Of a DNA stretch of 64,000 bases, positions 9,730 to 19,252 are shown in pieces. The notes beneath the pieces were generated by a model. It was not told the DNA's origin. It searched no databases and saw only the letters and a program-made list of their open reading frames with translations. The position numbers and the translations under genes are program-made. Source of the stretch: a virus; the IMG/VR virus record IMGVR_UViG_3300021376_002797, positions 1 through 64,000 of that record; one strand, written 5' to 3'. Position 1 is the stretch's first letter, and the number at the start of each line of letters is the position of its first letter.

Positions 9730-10728
9730 ATGCGAAGAAATCGATTGATTTATGAAAGACCCGTAAGTGATTACTTACCTGATGAATTTAAAAAAGGAGC
9801 AAAAGAGGCTAGTAAAAGATTGTATGACGATCCTACTAATCCAGCACCATCAAGTAATCAAGTAGGTATGTTAATGATGGGTTTACCGAGAATGGAATCA
9901 GGTAAACAACAACAATTAGTTAATCTTGCATTGGAAACATTTTATGGAATGTACCCACACATTAAAAAATTAGTGGATCAAGGTAAGATTGTTATGGATG
10001 TTCAGTTAGGTAGTGCTAATGGTAGAATGAAAACACAAACACCCGCAAGACCTTCAATCGAAAAGGCAAAAGAAACAGATCCTGACTTTGACGAAAGAAT
10101 TAAACAAAGACATTTTATTAATTCTAAAACACAAGGTAAGGCTTGGTTAGATGGTTTTGGTGCAATTAAGAAAATGAAAAGTAAAATTGAGTCCATTGAC
10201 CCAAGTCTATATCAAAATTATGATGGATTTGTAAGAGGGGCTTCAAGATTTTATTGGGAAAACACAGAAATGTTAGAAAGAATGGCAGCATCAGGTGCTG
10301 GACGTATGGCATATTGTGATGTTTATCCCGACAAATCAAAAAAAGGTGTTTGGGTTATAGAAGTTAGAGCACCTCACCTTCCATTATTAATGCATGAATT
10401 AGTTAAAGGTGCAGAATACTACGATAGTTTATTTTCATTACCTGGTCAGAAGGAAGTTGGTGATGTTTTAATGGGTATTACTGACGTACACAAACACGAA
10501 ATACAAAATATGAACTACGGTAGGTCTCTTTGGTCTAAAATCCGTTACATCTTAGAAGAATTTGTAAGCGGTTATGATAGATCTATGGAAAGTGATATTA
10601 CTTTTATGTTAGAAAGTTTAGGTCCTAAAGTATATAATAGATATATGGATGGGATTGTTAATGATAGTAAAAAAGTTATTGAGGAATTTATTGATAAATG
10701 TGAAGAATTAGTAAAAGAATTAGAATGA
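9730..10728 (+). CDS. Hypothetical protein
   Basis: 332-aa ORF containing LLMHELVKG. Confidence 0.75.
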   Translation: MRRNRLIYERPVSDYLPDEFKKGAKEASKRLYDDPTNPAPSSNQVGMLMMGLPRMESGKQQQLVNLALETFYGMYPHIKKLVDQGKIVMDVQLGSANGRMKTQTPARPSIEKAKETDPDFDERIKQRHFINSKTQGKAWLDGFGAIKKMKSKIESIDPSLYQNYDGFVRGASRFYWENTEMLERMAASGAGRMAYCDVYPDKSKKGVWVIEVRAPHLPLLMHELVKGAEYYDSLFSLPGQKEVGDVLMGITDVHKHEIQNMNYGRSLWSKIRYILEEFVSGYDRSMESDITFMLESLGPKVYNRYMDGIVNDSKKVIEEFIDKCEELVKELE

Positions 10729-10994
10729 AAAAAAATTTAACAGAATCAGACATCAATAGAATTGTCAAAAAAATTATTAATGAAGACGTTGATAGAGAAA
10801 AAATGATGGAAATGATTGACGATGTTGTCAACAGATTGAAAGAACATGGAATGAAATACTATTACGAACTAAATAAATTAAATTCTCAATACCCTACTGA
10901 AAAATATAAAAGAATGGCACCACCAAGAAGAGGTGAAATAGAACAAAGACCTGGTTTAAAAATCTCAAGATCTGTTTTTCCTGACGAAATTTAA
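10725..10994 (+). CDS. Hypothetical protein with LTESD-type leader
   Basis: MKKNLTESDINRIVKKIINE. Confidence 0.75.
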   Translation: MKKNLTESDINRIVKKIINEDVDREKMMEMIDDVVNRLKEHGMKYYYELNKLNSQYPTEKYKRMAPPRRGEIEQRPGLKISRSVFPDEI

Positions 10995-11022
10995 TATTTT
11001 TACATTATAATATTTATTATTA

Positions 11023-11673
11023 ATGGAACCAACACAAGTTAAACAACTTTTTATTGCTCTATTTGGAAAAAAAATAGAAATTTACGGACTTTTTGTTGAA
11101 TTAATTTATGTTACTAAGTCTTTTTCTGATAATATGTATGATTTTGACTTTGAAATAAAAAATCCGAACGACGTTTCTTATTATGTTGGATCGATTGATT
11201 GGGAAATACAACAATTAATTGATGAATTTACTAAATATGTTGACGTTAGAGCTATATCTGCGTCGTTTTTAACAACAGGTCAAGGTGATTTATACTTTAA
11301 TAGAGAAAAAACTGAAGAAATTGAGAACGCATTTAAGAAAGTTAATACAATAAAGTTCACAACAGGTAGTCGTACTATTGGTTATAACCGTTATGAATTA
11401 AAAATTAAGTCAGTTGGTTTTAAAAAAGGGTATGAATACGAACAAATATGGTTAGATAATATTGTTGAACCCATAAGAGCCACTAAAAATGGTAAACCTT
11501 GTGATATTGACGAAGCAATTTTACAATTTTATGAAGAATATTTACCTCAACAAGAAACTTATTGGCAATCTGAATACCTCTATCAACATTTAGACCAAGT
11601 TTTATCATCAATTCCATCTATTGGTAACAACGATATACTTTTGGAATACTCAACAGATCTATTTCGTGAGTGA
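11023..11673 (+). CDS. Hypothetical protein, paralog of 4015-4712
   Basis: 216-aa ORF after TATTTAT. Confidence 0.75.
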   Translation: MEPTQVKQLFIALFGKKIEIYGLFVELIYVTKSFSDNMYDFDFEIKNPNDVSYYVGSIDWEIQQLIDEFTKYVDVRAISASFLTTGQGDLYFNREKTEEIENAFKKVNTIKFTTGSRTIGYNRYELKIKSVGFKKGYEYEQIWLDNIVEPIRATKNGKPCDIDEAILQFYEEYLPQQETYWQSEYLYQHLDQVLSSIPSIGNNDILLEYSTDLFRE

Positions 11674-12933
11674 TTTACTACGTTTTTTACGGTGAAAAGT
11701 AATAACAAACCTGTGAACCTCATCTTGAATGGTTGCAAGCAGGTTAAAAAACTTAGAATTTTCAAATTTTACAATATTTCCGTCAGTAAAATGTAAAATA
11801 TCTGACTTGTGAGACGAATTTTTACTAATTGATACTAAATCTACCCTATTCAGTATAGAAAGTTCGTCAAAAACCCTCTTTGCTACCCCTAATTGTCCTT
11901 TACCACCATCAATAATAACCATATCAGGTAGTTTTTTCTTCTCAGATAGTAATCTTCGGAACCTGCGACGTAAAACTTCATCAAAAGAAGCGTAATCATC
12001 GGGACCTTCTACTGTTTTTATGTTAAATTTACGGTATTCAGAGGTATTTTTCTTACCATTTGTGTATCTAACAAGAGCAGATACCTGACAATCACCCCCT
12101 GTGTGTGAATTATCATACATTTCTATGTCAATAGGAGTGTTTTTTAACCCATAAGTGGTCTTAAACTCGTCTGCAAGTAGTAAATAACCACTAATTCTTG
12201 TGGTTTCTACACATTTTTCATACTTAGTAAGAGCATCTAACCTAAATTTGATGTCATTTGCCTTCTCAAACTCCAAATTCTTACTGTATTTTCCCATCAA
12301 ACGTGATAATTTACCCCTATATTGGTCAATATTAAAGGAAATTACCTGTTTTAGGTCAGTAATTGTTGAATTGTATACAAATTTATTGATATTATTAACA
12401 CATGGTGCGTCACATCTACCCATATGATACTCTAAACAAGTGGAAAACTTACTATTTTCAACATTTTCAGGTGTAATATCATAGGAACATGACCGTAAAT
12501 TAAATATATCATGTAATAATTCGTATAATTCATAGCAAATATTACTACTTGACACACAAATTAGTGGATCTGAGTCCAAATTGGCGTCATTTTTTACTTC
12601 TAAACGTGGAAAAACGTCATTTGATAAGGTTAAATACCATTTTTTTGACCGATCGTCCTTTAATTTGATGTTAAATTTAGGTTTATAGGTCTTAATTAGG
12701 TCATTTTCTAAAATAATGGCTCCATTTTCGTCTAAAGTAGTCAAAAAATCAACATCTGAGACGGTTTCTACCAATATTTTGGTCTTAGTTTGGTGATTTT
12801 TGTTAGAAAAGTACGATTTTACCCTATTTGGTAGGTATTTTGCCTTACCGATATAGATAATTTGACCTTTTTTGTCTTTAAAAAGGTAACAACCACTAGA
12901 TTTTGGGATATTCTTGAGTTTTTCTTCTAACAT
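11659..12933 (-). CDS. uvrC: UvrC-like excinuclease (GIY-YIG, UVR and RNase H-like domains; no HhH tail)
   Basis: GCYLF...IYIGKA..L..RVKSYF, PKFNIKLKDD, LEFEKA, YDNSH, DDYASF, IIDGGKGQL, DEVHRF. Confidence 0.92.
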   Translation of the reverse strand: MLEEKLKNIPKSSGCYLFKDKKGQIIYIGKAKYLPNRVKSYFSNKNHQTKTKILVETVSDVDFLTTLDENGAIILENDLIKTYKPKFNIKLKDDRSKKWYLTLSNDVFPRLEVKNDANLDSDPLICVSSSNICYELYELLHDIFNLRSCSYDITPENVENSKFSTCLEYHMGRCDAPCVNNINKFVYNSTITDLKQVISFNIDQYRGKLSRLMGKYSKNLEFEKANDIKFRLDALTKYEKCVETTRISGYLLLADEFKTTYGLKNTPIDIEMYDNSHTGGDCQVSALVRYTNGKKNTSEYRKFNIKTVEGPDDYASFDEVLRRRFRRLLSEKKKLPDMVIIDGGKGQLGVAKRVFDELSILNRVDLVSISKNSSHKSDILHFTDGNIVKFENSKFFNLLATIQDEVHRFVITFHRKKRSKSLTK

Positions 12934-12990
12934 TTTAGCTAAAATACGCATTTTTATTGTGAAAACCAGCATTTTTGACTATTTATTTGT

Positions 12991-13539
12991 ATGAAAATAC
13001 TAATTACTGAGTCACAATACCAAAAATTGGTCGAAAATATCGAAATAATTGACGATATTTTGGATAAATTAGGTAAAATTGGGTATGAAAACCTCGAAAA
13101 TAGTGAAAAAATGACACTAAATAGGTACTCAGAATGGTTAAATTCGGGTAAAAAAGGTGAATTTATGGCTGAAATTACCCCCAAATACCCCAATTTTGAG
13201 GCTAAAATAGGTGAAAAATTTACAACAAATATGAGTGATGATAGTGAATTAACCTTTACCTACGATTACTCAGATATCTCAAAACATGAAAATATACATC
13301 ATGGTACTGTTGAATGGCATGGAGAAGAATGGATAGGATTAATAGCAACTGATAAAGATGATAAAATAGTTGAAATTGATTTTGTTATAGATCAAGATTT
13401 TTATTTAGGTGGCGAAGTTGATAGTTTTAGTGAGTATGACGACAGTAATGAAAAAAGACTACAAGACGAAATAGGAAAAGATTATAAAAGATTGGAATAT
13501 TTCTTCCAAGAAGAGGTGGTACCTTATTTAACTGATTAA
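12991..13539 (+). CDS. Hypothetical protein with MKILITESQY leader
   Basis: IDDILDKLGKIGYENLENSEK (DUF6576-like by recollection). Confidence 0.7.
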   Translation: MKILITESQYQKLVENIEIIDDILDKLGKIGYENLENSEKMTLNRYSEWLNSGKKGEFMAEITPKYPNFEAKIGEKFTTNMSDDSELTFTYDYSDISKHENIHHGTVEWHGEEWIGLIATDKDDKIVEIDFVIDQDFYLGGEVDSFSEYDDSNEKRLQDEIGKDYKRLEYFFQEEVVPYLTD

Positions 13540-14136
13540 TTTTTCTTTTTTTAAGTAATCAAATAAAGATTTAGCCAATTTTTCACCAAATTTTATGTCG
13601 CTTGGGTAATGAGCCTTTGCCATTTGTCTTGAATATACTATATCATCTTTGATTTTTTTCAATTCGGTTTTTAATTTAGGGTATTTGTAAGATAAAACTA
13701 AATATATTAGATTAGATTGAGTTGAATGTCCTGACGGGTATGCAAAACCTTCCATAGATTTTAAAATGGGGTCTGCCAATTTTGGATCAACCCTAAATGG
13801 TCTAGGTCTTTTATATAAGTTTTTTAATTGTAATATTATATATCTTACATCATTAACTAATTTATTTATTAATTTAGTTTCATTTATGTTTTTTTCTTCT
13901 AAAAAGTCTATAAAGTTTTGTGAAATATTATCTTTTTCTTGTACAAATTTTTTTTTAAGATCTATTTGTTTTAAGTATTGGATTTCTCTTTTTGTTTCTT
14001 GACTATTTTCAGATGATGGTGGATTTTCTTTAAATGGAGTCAAATTAAAATCTTTGAAAATATTATTTCTATGAACCTCAATTTCTTTAATGTTCATAAG
14101 TTTTTTCATTCTCAATATTTCTTCATTCAATAACAT
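13528..14136 (-). CDS. PAP2-family (acid) phosphatase with leader
   Basis: KNLYKRPRP, YPSGHS, SRQMAKAHYPSD. Confidence 0.9.
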   Translation of the reverse strand: MLLNEEILRMKKLMNIKEIEVHRNNIFKDFNLTPFKENPPSSENSQETKREIQYLKQIDLKKKFVQEKDNISQNFIDFLEEKNINETKLINKLVNDVRYIILQLKNLYKRPRPFRVDPKLADPILKSMEGFAYPSGHSTQSNLIYLVLSYKYPKLKTELKKIKDDIVYSRQMAKAHYPSDIKFGEKLAKSLFDYLKKEKLIS

Positions 14137-14164
14137 ATTTATAAATATAAAAGTATTTACTATT

Positions 14165-14590
14165 ATGATAACAAAAAAAGATTTTTTAAACAGAGGTCTA
14201 TTATTAAGCGAACAAAAAAATACAAAAGGTGATTATGTTGAAATGATATCATTATTACTTCATTCTAGAACTCAGGCACACACATTACACTTACAAACTG
14301 AGTCTTACCCAGAACATAAAGCATTGAACGAATATTATGACGGTATTGTTGACATCATAGATGGTTTGGTTGAATCTTACCAAGGTAAATACGGAATTAT
14401 AAAGGGATATAAGTCCTATGCTTTAGTTGAATATAAATCAACAGATACAACTATTAAATATTTAAACGATTTGTGTGGTAAAGTTGAAAAGTTAAGAGAT
14501 TGTTGTAAAGATTCGTACATTCAAAATCAGATAGATACGGTATGTGAGTTAATTAACTCAACCTTATATAAACTAAGGTTTTTGAAATAA
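14165..14590 (+). CDS. Ferritin/Dps-like four-helix protein (DUF5856-like)
   Basis: HTLHLQT...EHKALNEYYD...DGLVESYQG...YKLRFL. Confidence 0.75.
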   Translation: MITKKDFLNRGLLLSEQKNTKGDYVEMISLLLHSRTQAHTLHLQTESYPEHKALNEYYDGIVDIIDGLVESYQGKYGIIKGYKSYALVEYKSTDTTIKYLNDLCGKVEKLRDCCKDSYIQNQIDTVCELINSTLYKLRFLK

Positions 14591-14781
14591 AAAAATTGGG
14601 ATAAATCCAAACGTCGGACCTATTAAATAGATTAACATAAAAGACAAAAAACAAACAAACTATTAAGTGAAAATCTTAATTTGTTTTCCCATAAACTAAT
14701 ATTGTTTTCATATTCTAAAATCTGAGAGTTTTTTATTTTGTCGTAATTCATAATTTATATTTTTACAAATATAATAAAAAA

Positions 14782-16050
14782 TCAATAATTACCGGAATAT
14801 TGCTCAAAGAATTTTTTTGGTATATTGTCGTGATTATAAGTTTTATTATCACCAATTCTTTCAGAAAGACCAAACTCTTCCATTTTTTTTAACGCCTTCA
14901 TCATATTAGGGTAGTAGGACCAATTAGAGTGATTTGACATCATTTTTACATTTGCGGGTAATGATGTTCTTGCATATGATGTTGATGGGTCAATCAACCC
15001 TACAAATTCATAACCTGAATTTATTTCATTCCAAGTTTTTTCACCTCCCTTTGAAAAACCACTAACAGACCTAATACTGTAACCGTCACCCAATTCCTTT
15101 TTTAGTTTTTCTTTTAATGTTGAAACGCCATTTTCCCAATCCGAATAAATTATATTTTTATTACTGAGATATGAATCTCCTTGTACTTTCATAAAATTGG
15201 CACCATAAGATGTGGATGGGGTACCTCCCCAAACTATATTAAATTTTTCAGAACTAGGATCACCCAATTGAATAATGTAAGTTGATTTAGTTATTGTTTT
15301 ACCCTCACTTGTTATATTTTCTTTTTTGGGATCAACAATTTTAGATTTAACACCTAAATCAACGTTGTAATAAAGACAATCCTTAGATTCTATTGGGTTT
15401 TTTGGTGATAAATTTCTACATCCAACATGTATATGATCATAATGATCCGAGTCACTTTTCCATAAAACTTGACACTTAAAACCGTTATATTTGAAATACG
15501 GATAATTACCTACATTTTTTTCCCAAGAAAGATAATCAGGATCCGTATCACTCAACCAACCCAAATTTAATAACGCCTGTTTGATCTTTAAAAATTGTTC
15601 ATCCCCTTTACTTCCACTAACAGGTAAATCAGCGGCATATTGATAAGGTAGTCCACACCAATGGTTGGATATATTGCCGCTAGCGCTTAATTTTGTTGAT
15701 CTTTTTTGTGATCCTGGTGTTAAATCAGAAAGTTTTGCAATTTTCAAAACAAGTGGTAATGACCCATCCCAAGTACCGTTGGTTCCTCCAGGACATATAA
15801 CATTACCATCAATACAAGTTGGGTAAACCCCCGTCGGCCAACCGTAACTTTCTATATCAACATCTGAGAAATCAGAATAACTCTCACTTTCACCTTGACT
15901 AAGGACATCAGTTACAGTCATATCGTCACCAATCACTGCAGAGACGTAATACTCGCCAGCAGTTTTACCTTGTAAATCCACCATGTCTTTGAACTTACCA
16001 CCTTGTTCGGTGATTTGTTTTTTCAAAATATCTAAAAGATTTAAATGCAT
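14782..16050 (-). CDS. M15-like peptidase domain plus C-terminal GxSxG hydrolase-like domain
   Basis: SNHWCG...ADL...HYDHIHVG; SGFSKGG. Confidence 0.55.
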   Translation of the reverse strand: MHLNLLDILKKQITEQGGKFKDMVDLQGKTAGEYYVSAVIGDDMTVTDVLSQGESESYSDFSDVDIESYGWPTGVYPTCIDGNVICPGGTNGTWDGSLPLVLKIAKLSDLTPGSQKRSTKLSASGNISNHWCGLPYQYAADLPVSGSKGDEQFLKIKQALLNLGWLSDTDPDYLSWEKNVGNYPYFKYNGFKCQVLWKSDSDHYDHIHVGCRNLSPKNPIESKDCLYYNVDLGVKSKIVDPKKENITSEGKTITKSTYIIQLGDPSSEKFNIVWGGTPSTSYGANFMKVQGDSYLSNKNIIYSDWENGVSTLKEKLKKELGDGYSIRSVSGFSKGGEKTWNEINSGYEFVGLIDPSTSYARTSLPANVKMMSNHSNWSYYPNMMKALKKMEEFGLSERIGDNKTYNHDNIPKKFFEQYSGNY

Positions 16051-16185
16051 AATATATAAATAAATATATAATATAGTGATTAACCTGTCTATAATGTTAA
16101 AGTTTTTCGGTAATTAGACAACAGTTTAAAAAATAATATATATTTATATATAAAAATAAAAATAAAAAAATAATAAAATTTAAAA

Positions 16186-16701
16186 ATGGCGACAAGGAAA
16201 GTTATATTAACCGAAAGAGAATTAACTTCTCTTATTGAAAGAATTATCAAAGAAACTGAAGAAATGGATTCTCATAGAGCAACTAAAAAAGACATGGTTC
16301 AAACTTTAGGTGCATTCTTTTCAAAATACAAAAATAAATTACGAGCAGATAAAGAAGATATTATGATCGCCGCCGATGAATTTGAATATGAAGAAATGAG
16401 CGAGGGTTATTTACACGAAGGTGACGAAGATGAAGATGAGGATATTGACAGTAGAAAATCTTCATTTAAATATAAAATGATGCAATTAGGTGGATTTACA
16501 ACAGCGGCTTTAGGATTTCTTGGGTTCATTGGAAGAACGATGGGTTGGTCTGAATTTGAGACAACCACTAAAATAAATCAATTTGTTGAGCAATTTGGCA
16601 CAGGAAATTATGCAGGACCAATTACTGTTGCTATGATTGTTGCTGGTTTAGGTATTGCTTTTAGAGGTATGGCTAGCAGATGGCACGAAAAAAATACATA
16701 A
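16186..16701 (+). CDS. Leader-bearing protein with two C-terminal hydrophobic helices
   Basis: ILTERELTSLIERIIKE; Gly/Ala-rich transmembrane-like segments. Confidence 0.75.
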   Translation: MATRKVILTERELTSLIERIIKETEEMDSHRATKKDMVQTLGAFFSKYKNKLRADKEDIMIAADEFEYEEMSEGYLHEGDEDEDEDIDSRKSSFKYKMMQLGGFTTAALGFLGFIGRTMGWSEFETTTKINQFVEQFGTGNYAGPITVAMIVAGLGIAFRGMASRWHEKNT

Positions 16702-16721
16702 AAAAATATATTTTATAATTT

Positions 16722-16748
16722 AAAACCCATCATACAGATGGGTTTTTT
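16722..16748. terminator. Bidirectional intrinsic terminator
   Basis: AAAACCCATC-ataca-GATGGGTTTTTT. Confidence 0.75.
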
Positions 16749-17074
16749 GTTTTTCTTTTTTCTAAATATGATTCAAGGATCACCACAATTTGATCCATTT
16801 CATTTTTTTCTTTATCTGTCACCAACTTCCAATTTTTTGTATCAAATAAATAAACATCAAAAAAATAGTAGTGACCAATTATTAACAAAATGAAAGTTAG
16901 TGGTGTTATCGGAAACATTGCAAAATATGTAATAAGCATAGATGTTAATGTAACAATAAAATTAAAAGATCTTGAGTTTGCCTTTATTAAAAATTTGTAC
17001 TCTCTAATAACTTTCTTGAGTTTTTTAGTTGGTAGGTCTTTGTAAAGGTTGGCTTCTTTTTCTATCTTTGTCAT
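16730..17074 (-). CDS. Membrane protein (two TM segments)
   Basis: Hydrophobic core; TATATTTG -7 element upstream (17091-17098, minus strand). Confidence 0.7.
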   Translation of the reverse strand: MTKIEKEANLYKDLPTKKLKKVIREYKFLIKANSRSFNFIVTLTSMLITYFAMFPITPLTFILLIIGHYYFFDVYLFDTKNWKLVTDKEKNEMDQIVVILESYLEKRKTKNPSV

Positions 17075-17284
17075 AACGATTAATTTTATACAAATATATA
17101 AAAATTATTTTAATCTAAAAAATTAATATAGTTTTTTTAAATAAATATTTGGAATGCTAAACGATAAACGGTAGATAAAAACTTATTTTATTTTAGTATT
17201 TTTTTATTGTAATTTTTTTAAATATCTCAGATGATAACGTATTTAAATGATTATACGTTTCTTTGTCTTTTACTTTATATATTT

Positions 17285-17875
17285 TTAATCCCACCACCAT
17301 TTCATTCTTTCTTTTAAAATTTTAAACAATAAATTATGCGCTTTTTCCTGATTATGTTTTGATACATAAAAGCATAAATCTTTTTTATCTAAATTAGGTC
17401 TTTCTTTCAATACTTTACGAGCACTTGATTGATATTTTTTTAAAAATTCATCATATCTTTCAGATAAAACACCAACTTCTAAAGAATGAAGGTTTTCGTT
17501 ATCTTCAATAGGTTCAAATCTAAAGTTAGAATCTTCGTAATCAAGATATTCAGTATTGTAAAATTCATCTTTAACCCTTTCAATAAGATTTAAAACAATT
17601 GTCATATCACGATTATCCCTATCAACATCAATGTGACGATTTGCATAGATTATTTCTTTTCTTTGGAATTCTATTTTCTTTTGTAAAATAGTGAAGATGT
17701 ACCAATCATCCCAATCTTTATCTTGATATAAAGTTGGTATCCATCTAAAGATATTTTTTATGCCTCCGATAAAGTATCTTATTCTCCAGTGTGTTTTTCG
17801 CCATATCCAAGCAAATACCCCTTTTCTGTTCCAAGCAGAATCTTCAGGTATTGTTAGTTTTTTGTAGTTTTTCAT
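17285..17875 (-). CDS. Hypothetical protein (Trp-rich, ends in WWWD)
   Basis: 196-aa ORF; -7 element at 17895-17902. Confidence 0.75.
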   Translation of the reverse strand: MKNYKKLTIPEDSAWNRKGVFAWIWRKTHWRIRYFIGGIKNIFRWIPTLYQDKDWDDWYIFTILQKKIEFQRKEIIYANRHIDVDRDNRDMTIVLNLIERVKDEFYNTEYLDYEDSNFRFEPIEDNENLHSLEVGVLSERYDEFLKKYQSSARKVLKERPNLDKKDLCFYVSKHNQEKAHNLLFKILKERMKWWWD

Positions 17876-18096
17876 TTTCTTCTTCTTTGTATTGCAAATA
17901 TAAAGAAAAAATAACTAATAAGTTAACAAAAATACATAAAAAAGTTTCAAATAACCAATGTCAGTCAGTTTGTGTCATTGATACGTGTGTGCCTAACCAC
18001 ATAAAAAGAACCATACTTATTCATTATCTCAATCAACAAATAGTTTAAAAATTTAACCATATTATTACTATTACGTTTATATTAATATTTATCTAT

Positions 18097-18426
18097 ATGA
18101 GTAAACAAAACTTGAACGAACCAAACCCTAATTTAAAGGAAGGTGATAGAATCATTTTAATTCACATGGACGGAGAAGAAATATCGATAGGGTCAAAAGG
18201 AATTGTTGTTGGAATTAATGGTCAACCTAGATTTAGACCTACAGATTCTGGTATGGGTTATTGGGTTGAGTTTTATGATCCTGAAGATAATAAATTCATA
18301 TCCAAACTAACTTTAATTCCTGAAGTTGATGTATGGATTTATGATAAAGATTATTATGAAAATGAACATTTAAAAGAAAGTTTATTTACCATAACTAAAA
18401 AAAATATAAACAAAGTAAAATTATAA
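18097..18426 (+). CDS. Hypothetical protein (DUF4314/SH3-like)
   Basis: LKEGDRIILIHMD...GSKGIVV...LTLIPEVD. Confidence 0.55.
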   Translation: MSKQNLNEPNPNLKEGDRIILIHMDGEEISIGSKGIVVGINGQPRFRPTDSGMGYWVEFYDPEDNKFISKLTLIPEVDVWIYDKDYYENEHLKESLFTITKKNINKVKL

Positions 18427-18428
18427 TT

Positions 18429-18947
18429 ATGAGAGGATTTTCAATGATGTCTGACGAAGAAAGAAAAAGAATAAAACAATTACATTCAACACTATATGAT
18501 GGATATGCTGTTGGTAATGTTCCAACAAATATGACACCTTTGACTGTGTATGACGCGGCACAAGATAAATTAGGTGTAACAGTAACTGCAAATGGTGACG
18601 TGAAACAATATCACAATCACAGAATTAATGAAATTGCTGCAAAAAATTTACATTATGATGAAATTGATCCGGCATATGAGTTTGATTCAGGAGGTCCTGG
18701 AGATGAAAATTTAGGATACGACGTGTATAACCAAACAAAACCAGCATATGATTTTGATTCAAAAGGTCCTGTTGATCCCTATTATGGTGGCGGTTACCAA
18801 ACAGGTGATGAAGATAGTGAAGAAACTGATTTTCAATTTGACATGGTTGATTTTGGGGATTATATTGATAGTGACAAAAAAGAAAACATTGAAGAGGGTT
18901 TAAATAAAACTATAGATATGTTTAAAAGATTTAAAAAATTTAACTAA
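18429..18947 (+). CDS. Hypothetical acidic protein with leader
   Basis: SDEERKRIKQLH; PAY(E/D)FDSxGP repeat. Confidence 0.75.
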   Translation: MRGFSMMSDEERKRIKQLHSTLYDGYAVGNVPTNMTPLTVYDAAQDKLGVTVTANGDVKQYHNHRINEIAAKNLHYDEIDPAYEFDSGGPGDENLGYDVYNQTKPAYDFDSKGPVDPYYGGGYQTGDEDSEETDFQFDMVDFGDYIDSDKKENIEEGLNKTIDMFKRFKKFN

Positions 18948-19252
18948 TGGAAGTTATAGAAATTTTATCACATTATATCGATAAAACACAAAATTTAATA
19001 AACGTTGAGTTTAGATTAGTTGGTGATAGTGATGAGGTTATACGTGAAGATTTAATTGAATATAGTTTTTATGAAGAATTCGGGTTTGATAACAAAAAGG
19101 ATTTTGAAATTTTTAATGAAATTTTAGAAGAAGACGAGGAGTGGGGTTTAGATGATGTTGATTATATAGATAATGAAGATTATTTAATCTCTTTTTTAAA
19201 TGAATACTATATTGTTTATCCTAAAAAATTACCAAAAGCAGATTATAGATAA
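18947..19252 (+). CDS. Hypothetical protein
   Basis: Translationally coupled (TAATG) at both ends. Confidence 0.75.
   Translation: MEVIEILSHYIDKTQNLINVEFRLVGDSDEVIREDLIEYSFYEEFGFDNKKDFEIFNEILEEDEEWGLDDVDYIDNEDYLISFLNEYYIVYPKKLPKADYR

Noticed and set aside
17190-17300. Short ORF MVVGLKIYKVKDK... and a similar fragment near 14630-14751
   Set aside because: Under 40 aa with no recognisable motif; possibly gene remnants but not supportable
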